From Amoeboaphelidium protococcarum X5 (lineage: Eukaryota > Fungi > Aphelidiomycota): a stretch of 64,000 nt of DNA. Within the stretch, counting starts at the first letter, position 1. Every line of letters starts with the position of its first letter. Positions 55,160 through 64,000 of the stretch are shown here, one piece after another. The stretch covers positions 577,484 through 641,483 of the forward strand of contig JALDTO010000154.1 in NCBI GenBank assembly GCA_023515725.1, read 5' to 3'. A program made the translations under genes and the position numbers. A model generated the notes under the pieces. The model worked only from the letters and a program-made list of their open reading frames with translations, had not been told where the DNA came from and searched no databases.

Positions 55160-56251
55160 ATGGAAGGTTCTGATACAGAATAAAATTAAATATTGAATAA
55201 TGATATTGATTTAGAAGATTAAATATCAATGGAGGAACAGGAAGAAGATGATGATGAAGTGGAAATTACTGATGGACAGTAGGTATCACCTGGCTAATAG
55301 TAATTAAACTAAAATATTCGGTCATACTTGAACAAGTAGACTGCAGATATGACCAAGGCTGGCAATAAAGTGTGGCTAGTGAAAGTTCCGGATTTTCTTA
55401 TGGACGTTTGGAGTAAAACTAAGGCTCATACTGAACTTGGACATATCTCGATTGATGCTGTCTAAGTTTAGAATTCAATGCCCAAGATTACCCTAGAAGT
55501 GAATAAAAATCTGAATCTTTTGTCTAAAAGTGAATTTGATCCTGCTATATTGCCAAAGAATTATAGTCTCCAAATATCTAATAATCCACCCGGGAACGTA
55601 TTCACCTTCTCCACTGATACTGTAGTCGCTGAGGGTGCAGATCGTGTCAAGACTATGCGCGGTGGAGTTCGTCTCGCTGCCACACAAGAGTATACTGTCG
55701 GTGTTGAGGGATGTGTGCAGCATGAGTGTAATGTAATTCCCGTGATGGATGCTGATTATAGAAATATTCTGCGACTGCGAAAGGAGAAGGCTGAGTAGCC
55801 AGTTAGAGTTACCAAGAAGATTGGTGATTATGAATCCGAGACGTAAAAGGATGGGTAACCGTAGTAGAAAAAGTCTCTGTTGAATCCCACGATACAAATG
55901 TCAGATAGCTATACGATGGGTAGTATGGCCGGTTTATAATTTGGCTCTGCTGCAGCACTGTCAAAGGCGAGTAAGAAGCGCAAGTAGGAGCAGATGGAGA
56001 ATCGGTATGAGAAATTGCCGCGTGATGAGGTGATCAATATGATGTTCAAGGCCTATGAATAGACTCCTGCCTGGTCAGTTCAAGGAATGTCTGATCATAC
56101 GCGGTAGCCAGTTACATATGTCAAAGAACTGTTAAATCAGATTGCATTCTACATCAAGAGTGGTCAGCACAAGGGCATGTATGAGCTGAAGGATGAGTTT
56201 AAACAACAATCGTCGCAAGATCCATAATCTTCATTACAATAATAAAAGTGA
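55160..56251 (+). CDS. TFG2: Transcription factor TFIIF beta subunit (RAP30)
   Basis: VWLVKVPDFL, PKNYSL, GCVQHEC, winged helix LPRDEVINMMFKAYE...RQPVTYVKELL...GMYELKDEF. Confidence 0.92.
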
Positions 56252-56305
56252 CCAGGCGTCTGTAATGATAAAGCTAATTATGTACAATATTACATTCTCT
56301 ATTGT

Positions 56306-59029
56306 TCACATTTCATAGTCCATATCATTTAAAACATCTGGATCTATATTATCCATCAGAGCGTCTTGATCTTTCTGCTAGTACTACGACTGTGTGCTAT
56401 TAGAGTTTTCTATTGTTGCATGACCACCAGAGAACCACTTCACAACATCCTCCTCACGCCATAAACTGACTCCGACCTAACCAGCACTGCCCAGCTCTTG
56501 GCCCATCTCGCGCAAAAACTTCTTCACAATCATAATACACTCATCCGTACTTAGGCCTATTAGAGAAGCACTACTGGCTCCGACTAATCCACTGCCACCA
56601 CCACCACCAGACTTGCCACCACGTTCTGTAATGCCCAACTGAATGGAACTCGCTCCTTTCTGTATCCATAGTGGTAACTTGCCCCATTTATCTTATCGCG
56701 CGTACCTTTTATCGGCAAATATCATCAGACCATAATCAGTCTTGCCTCTTAGTGCACGGCCAACACACTAGGCAGCTTGTCTAATGGCATCAAACGTGAG
56801 GAAATCATTTTCCCGTATCTAATACTTCTCCCTGATATACTCCAATCTTGCCTTCAGTATTCTTGACTCAGTGTACTGATATGGTATGCCACACATAAGG
56901 ACGGCTCTACCATAGTTGTGGTCAAAATCTATACCCTCTGCCACCTTTCCTCTAGCAACACTGAACAGTATAGCACCTCTGCCATAGTCGCAAGCTTTAC
57001 GGTAGTTCTATAATGCAATAGTGGTCTCTGTGCCATCAGGCGTCTCGATAAATACCAACTTGTTCTACAGCAACTAATCAATAACTGATTACCCGCCAGC
57101 CAGCGACTGTGTCCATTAATGTACAATAGATTCCAAGTATATATAAGACGGGAAAAATACGACAATACCATCAGGTACAATTTTGGACATTGATATCAAC
57201 AGATTGCCATAATTTCTAACCACCGATGGATCGTTCCTAACCTCGAACTTGGAAGATAATGGCACTTGATCAGATCCTCGAGAGATCACAAGAGGTAGAA
57301 AACAATTTCTAGTCAGCGTCATACTAAAAGATTTTGAAGTCACAACCTGATGCCTGAAATCCAGAATCTTGGGATACATATCAAGCGGCGACAATGTACC
57401 CGATGTAATGATAACAGTCTTGAATCGATTCAGGACAGGCTTGATGGCGATGGAGGCATCTAAACACACGAGATGAAGAATTGGATTGTAAATTGCATTG
57501 CCCATTCCTTCAAATGGCTCCATCAATAGCAGAAACCCCTCCAAATACGTGCCCACTATAGTTGCAAAGTTGGCCACTCTACCTAAAGCACTAAAATCCT
57601 CCGGTCTACCTGCACCACCCGCGACTCCTTACTCGGGAGACTGTTACTATTACTGTGCTGATGCATTGGAAGAGGGAACAATTTCCAGAGTGCGCAATAA
57701 AGAGCCTAAACGTTCAGAACAGAACCTCAAAGCTTTTCTCTCAATCGCACATTCAGCCTTGATATTATGCAAGAAACTCAACGGGGACTGGGAGACAACC
57801 TATTGAATTTTCAACCGCGTCTTCAAATACTCAACCAACCGCTTCATAAATGCTACAAAATGCTCAGCTTTACGAATGTTACCCGGGACCGCTTCCTCAA
57901 GGATATCATCAGGCAGCGCAGGATTAGCCAGAATCAAGTCAGTCTACCTCTGCAAATGCTACTCACGCAGCCCGTCGACAAGGCGTATATACTCATTCTC
58001 CAGCTTTTCTTTATTAACCTACCTGATACTACGAATCTCGGAATTTAGCGACTCCAATGCCCGATTAGCACCAGCCAAGGTGGAACGACCAATCTCAAAG
58101 CTCATCGAATCGATACACACATTGTCGATATTGTGAGCCTCATCAAATACGACGATACTATTAGATGGAAGATCTTTGCTGACGAGCGATGCAATTTTAG
58201 GATCCAGCAAGTAATGATACGAATAGATGAGAACATTGGCCTTCTTGATCAAGTTCCTGGATAGAAAGTACGGACACACGTTCTACTTCTCACCATGCAA
58301 TTTAATATCTTCAATGCCATACACACCTGATGATGGAACGGCATCCGCATTGTAATCTGCGATAGTTAAAGAATCTTCTATATCCTTGGGAGGATTTATA
58401 TGTTTATCCAAATTCTCATAGAATGTACACCGTCTACCGCCATCCTTCTATCTAACCCAAGAGGCTGTCAAACTCTAGCACAAAGCATCAACAACCTGAC
58501 CCCTTCTGTCACGATTAACAGCAGGATGGATGCACATGTTCTTACGCGCAGACAAGCCAACGGCCAGAAACGACTACTCCAGTTAGACCTTGACTTTTAA
58601 CTCTTCAATCATCTTTATATCCAAATGATTGGCAGATGCCTAGTCAAGTTGCTACTGATAATAGCTAGCTCTGTATAAAATCAACCGATCTAATTCTGCA
58701 AGAGCCTTTTCAATCTCTTACACTGTTCTTGACGCATAGATCAATTATCGAGGTCCATCAAATATTCCAACATTACCACTAACATCACCATTTGAATCAC
58801 CACTTATCTAACGCAACCTCAATCTTTACTAATACGCGACAATAAGAGCTAAAAGTGTTATAGTTTTACCAGTCCCAGAAGGCATTTCCAAGACTCCATG
58901 ACCGACTGCACCGTGTCCAGTGACGTGATGATCCAAAGTGATCTTCAAATGATACATATAGTCCACCTACTCTGGATACACGTATTCATACGGGAAAATA
59001 ACCTCTAAATCTTCCACCATAAACTTCAT
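56306..59029 (-). CDS. RAD3: TFIIH helicase XPD/Rad3 (ERCC2), 907 aa
   Basis: [20 protein letters not shown](TAG=Q), [16 protein letters not shown], Fe-S cysteines, [44 protein letters not shown]. Confidence 0.98.
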
Positions 59030-59617
59030 AATTTGATTCGACGCCTAAATTTTCCAATAACAAATCACTTTATAGAATGGAGTATGGACATGAATGATAC
59101 AAGAACAGGAAAGAAATAGAGCACCGCCTTGGAATGATCAGAAGAAATGATCACAAAACGCGCCATTGTTTAAGGCCGCTGGAAGGTTAATTTCCTCACT
59201 GTCATCCTTTATTTAAAAAAACCCATAGGTATATACTACATAGTACATAGTCCAGAAAGTACATTAATAGACGTAAGATTTACAATGATATGATTCTAAA
59301 TGCGAGTATGCACCTTCACCATTGACTTTCATCGCCAATGATCATTGAAAGAATTACTGCCCGTTTCATCATTCAGATTCAGATTCCGTAAAGTCAAGCC
59401 TCATTCCTGATCTACGGTAAAGGAAAGCGGGGAATCAGACACGTCGTGAAAATGGATAGTGGCGCCAGGCCAGTTTCCGAATACTTATCGTTTCACTTCC
59501 CCCGAAAAAGAGACGTTTCGTCGGCTCATCGTCATCATCGATCATCATCAACACGAACGAATTCGTTTCCAATTTCACAAACGCCGCGCCGGTGTCAGTT
59601 GCCGCTTTGTTTGTTCC

Positions 59618-59670
59618 TTCTCGCTCTCTCTCTCGCTTGTCTGTTTATCCTCTCTCTCTCTCTCTCTCTC
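59618..59670. repeat. (CT)n microsatellite tracts upstream of GSIII
   Basis: Two CT runs, the longer about 10 units at 59650-59670. Confidence 0.85.
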
Positions 59671-59783
59671 GTTATCTCTGTTGTTGTACAGTACGTCTTA
59701 GCCGAGTTTAGCAAGTATATTCATCTCTTTGACATTAAACTTATATCAACTACCAGTTATATAGAATTACTTTATACTAAAAC

Positions 59784-62042
59784 ATGTCAAGTCAGTAAGC
59801 TAGAATTAGTGCAGTGTTGGATTAAACTTCAAGATCTGCAAGAAGTGTGCCTTATCCAAAGGATTCACAGGGGCGTCCGTTGACAGTGTCTGAAGTGTTT
59901 GCAGAGAATGTGTTCACTCTCAAGACTATGCAGCAACATCTTCCAAAGCCTGTCTTCAATGACTTTATTCATTAGATGAAGGGTAACAAGTGTCTGAGCA
60001 AGGCCACCTCTGATGCTATTGCTCATGCTGTTAGAACTTGGGCCAGCTAGAGAGGAGCTACCCATTTCACTCATCTCTTCCAGCCTTAGACTGATACTAC
60101 TGCGGAGAAGCATGATAGTTTTTTGACTCTGAAGTCTGTGATCGGTTCTTATGGTGAGGAGGTTGTGGCTATTGATGCGTTCTCTGGAAGCCAGTTGTTG
60201 CAGGCTGAGCCGGATGCTTCTAGCTTTCCTAATGGTGGTGTTAGAAACACTTTTGAGGCTAGAGGTTACACTGTCTGGGATACCACTAGCCCGATGTATT
60301 TGCAGGATGGTCCTAATGATACTAAAGTGTTGTACATTCCATCCGTGTTCATCTCTTATAATGGTGAGGCTCTGGATGAGAAGACTGTCTTGTTGCGTTC
60401 CGTCGATGCCATCAACAAGAGTGCGGTGAAGCTGCTGAACTTGATTGGCCATAAGGATGTCAAGAGAGTTATTGCTACATTGGGAACTGAGCAGGAATTC
60501 TTCCTTTTGGATCGTAATCTGTATGCTCTTCGTCCTGATCTGAAGATTGCCGGCAGAACTCTGATAGGTTCTCTTCCACCAAAGCATCAGCAGATGGAGG
60601 ACCATTATTTTGGTCGTATCCCATCCCGTGTGCTGTCAACTATTAGCGAGGCAGAGTTGGAGCTGTACAAGCTGGGTGTTCCAATTAAGACTCGTCACAA
60701 TGAAGTTGCACCTGCTCAGTTTGAGGTTGCCCCAATCTTTGAGGAGGCTCCGCTCGCTGTGGATCACAATTTGCTCACCATGGAGGTGTTGCATCGTGTC
60801 GCTCATCGTCACAAGTTGAAGGTGTTGTTCCATGAGAAGCCATTTAGTGGTATCAATGGATCCGGAAAGCACTGCAACTGGTCCATGTCGACTGATACTG
60901 GTGTAAATCTCCTGGATCCAACTGCCAATCCTAGAGACAATCCAGTATTTTTGCTGTTCTTGGTTGCTGTCATTAATGCTGTGCACAACCACTCTGCATT
61001 GCTTCGTTGTGGTATTGCCTCAGCTAGCAATGATCATCGTCTGGGTGGTAATGAAGCACCTCCAAGTATTATCAGTGTGTTCTTGGGCGAGCAGTTGACT
61101 GAGGTTTTGGATTCTATTGAGTAGAATCGCGAGGTGAAGAAGGAGACTTAGCCAAAGTTCCGTCACATCAAGGTTGGTGGAACTTCATTGGACGTCAAGG
61201 TGGCAACTTTGCCTGAGATTGCTCGTGACTTGACCGATCGTAATAGAACTTCTCCATTTGCTTTCACTGGTAACAAGTTTGAGTTCCGTGCCGTGGGTGC
61301 CAAGCAGTCTCCATCGTTCCCTGTGACTCTGGTCAATGCTGCTGTGGCTGCATCGATCACTGAGATTACCGACGTGTTGGAGAAGAAGGTTGGCGCTGGA
61401 AAGACTCCAACCACTGCTGATATCATGGCTGTGTTGAAGGACTACATCGTCAAGACCAAGGCTATTAGATTCGAGGGTGACGGTTACTCTGCTGAGTGGC
61501 ATGCAGAGGCTCAGCGTCGTGGATTGCCAAACATTCGTTGCGCTCCTGAAGCTTTCCGTGTTCTCTTGGATCCTAAGCACTAGAAGATGTTGACAGAAGT
61601 GTCTTAAATCTTCTCGCCCGAGGAATTGAACTCCAGATACCACATCTTGAGTGAGAAGTATGCCAAAGATATCTTGATTGAGGCTAATACTTTGAAGAGT
61701 ATGCTGTTCACCGCCATTCTGCCAATGACTTTTGATACTCGCAAGTAGATGGCTGAGTCTGTGTGCAAGTTGAAGGACGCTGGTGTCGATTACAATACCG
61801 AGAAGAAGGTGTTGGTCCAATTGGGTGAGCTGTTGAACTAGCTGAGCGAGAATGGGGACAAGTTGGTGAAGAACATTGATGCTATTGCTTAGTCTCACGA
61901 GGAGGACGCTGACTTGACTGCTGCAAGAGATCTGCTGCCGGTGATGAACTTGATCCGTCAGCAGGTTGACAACTTGGAGGGCATTGTCAATGACAAGAAT
62001 TGGCCATTTCCAAAGTACATTGAGCTGCTGTTCAGTATTTGA
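59784..62042 (+). CDS. Glutamine synthetase type III, 752 aa
   Basis: [125 protein letters not shown]. Confidence 0.97.
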
Positions 62043-62306
62043 GCGGGAAGAAGACGTCGTACTATAAGTACTATACTTGGATTATTGGATATGTTTAGGA
62101 ATTTACTTGAGTGAAAGAGTAATAGTTATACCGGAATGTAGTGGAACTTATTTATGCTCATTTACTTTTAGCTTTCTTGCTATGTTAATTTATTCTACTA
62201 CAATAGTATCATAACGAATTTATAGAATCACAGAATCATTTTTATCATCATCATCATCATCAAAAGTAACATTAACAATATCTCTCGACGTCTGTGTGTA
62301 TAGTAA

Positions 62307-64000
62307 TCAAGACATTTCAGAGCCTTGAGTTTGACTACCACCAGTCATCATATTCTGCCTCTCGTCAGAGTCGGTGGGCGCATAATACGAACTGTGTTTG
62401 TCCAAATGTCCCTGTGAGCCAGATTTCATTCTGGTAGGACTTTAGCTTCTAAAAGTGTTGAACAAGTTCTTGGCTGCTTTGGTAGGGGATAGGCGATTAA
62501 ATTTAGCAGACAGTGACTTGTCGTCCTAATTCACAGATCTTTCATCTCCAGACACTGCACCGCCACCACTCGCATTAAATGAAGAGTAATTATGATGTTG
62601 ACCATTTGCAGAAGAGCCGCCATGCTAATCATAATCAGGAGTCATCCCAGGGTCGGGCAACTGACGATCTGGCGCATTCAGATCTGTGGATGAAGTTCGG
62701 TGAGTCAGCTCACTGTTAGCCGTAGTGCTGACAGATGGCGGCAATCCAATCATGGTATCGCGCTATGGTGCCTTCTTGGCAGGCAAACTCTCCTCCAACT
62801 CAAATTAATGCAGTCTGATCATGGTCACCAACTGCGGATCTCCCTTATCTAATGCCAAATCAATTGCCAACTTTCCACCGGCATTCTTGATGCTACAATC
62901 AATTCTTCTCTTCAGCAGATACTAAACAAACTTTTAATCACCGCTCATAATAGCATAATGTAGCGTACTATTACTATCCCGGTCCACGACTTTAATATCG
63001 GCATTCCACACCAAGGCAAAATGCTTCATCAACTAATCATTTCTCTCAATTGCAGCCAACAGAATTGTCTATCCACTACTATTGCGCGTATCTACCGGGC
63101 AACCTTATGCAATACATGTCAGCAGACGGCCGATATCTTTGACATCAAACGCCTACCACAAACTTTATTACAATTCTGCGATTGGCGCCTAATTAACAAA
63201 TTTCTTATTAACATACTTGGCAGCAATCCACTTCTCTTTTTCTAAACGGTCAGATTTGACGGTGGCCTTCTTGACAGAAGATGTCTCTGGAGAATACTAG
63301 GCCTCGTAGATTTCATTAAGTTTCTAATTACCCAACATGATCATCATATCATACGATTCCTGTTCCCATTTATCGAGCAAAAGAGATCTAACCTTGGACA
63401 CCTAGACACCCAAAGATCGATGAATACCAGAGCACTCGATACACAGGAGAATACCCAAATTAATACTTGACCACTCGGCTTAATCATTGCCACAATCAGC
63501 ACAACAACTATTGCCGGGAATAGACTTAATCTACTCAGCCATCTCCCTATTGACTTCAGGTATCTGATCCTTATCCAAGTCGAAAAAGTCATCATCGAGC
63601 TTCTCCTTTGAATGCATATTGCGCAATAAATGATCGGCAGAGTCATCACTATTCAATGCCAACCCAATAGCATTCTATATAACTTCCATCCAATCTTTAA
63701 GATCCTTCTCATTCTCTGCCTGAAGAACATAAGACTTCATGGGGGAGATTAGTTCAAAGCAGAATCTTCTCTCTGGTACTTCAACCAACTTCACTGTGCA
63801 TAGTTTAAGTGCAGCAGCTAAAGTCGCAGGCTCATCCTTGCCCCTGGTGGTGTAAACAAAGTATCCATTCCTGACCACGAACCATCTCCTGGACCAAACT
63901 TGGGTAATTTTGCCTGACCCCTTCTTGATCAAATATCCAGCTTTTGTGGCCACCGGTATCTATTTAATCTTACTAGGATACACCGGACGGGTCAGAGGAT
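62307..64000 (-). CDS. ArfGAP with PH and ankyrin repeats (ACAP/centaurin-beta/Age1-like), 5' end outside window
   Basis: PH domain (KAGYLIKK...WSRRWF...LQAENEKDLKDW), ArfGAP CADC...CIECSGIHRSLGVQVSKVRSL, ankyrin repeats, TGA at 62307. Confidence 0.95.

Noticed and set aside
59865-61898. Long minus-strand ORFs (246, 118, 237 aa) over GSIII, and similar ones over SDH1 and the GPI-type gene
   Set aside because: Antisense shadows of biased-codon genes.

Overview
Gene-dense, intron-poor eukaryotic nuclear DNA of a fungus-like organism (chitin synthase, PET127, SHE9, CBP4 and a DUF3712-like gene, alongside a KEA/TMCO3 antiporter, FHIP and glutamine synthetase III). It uses a non-standard code: TAA and TAG encode Gln and TGA is the only stop, so the supplied standard-code ORF track is fragmented. 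This fits the aphelid Amoeboaphelidium protococcarum, where the code is already known; the taxon is inferred, not verified. Re-translated by hand, the window holds about 30 genes, including EF2, ESA1, CHMP7, SDH1, PET127, CHS, eIF2B-beta, SHE9, URI/BUD27, TFG2, RAD3, GSIII and an ArfGAP. It also has a complete hAT transposon (17-bp TIRs, 8-bp TSD, frameshifted transposase) inserted in an orphan gene, two likely pseudogenes and a probable LINE remnant. The most interesting candidate system is three secreted Pro/Thr-rich proteins that share a signal peptide and an ACCAATCAGA promoter motif. One of them (26966-28456) carries a C-terminal domain resembling the bacterial Ca2+-dependent FrpC-type self-processing (clip-and-link) module. 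Other patterns: all 13 reconstructed introns end in GTAG, UAR codons cluster just before TGA stops, and AAGAGATTCGC recurs in promoters. All family calls come from motif recognition by eye; no database searches were run.
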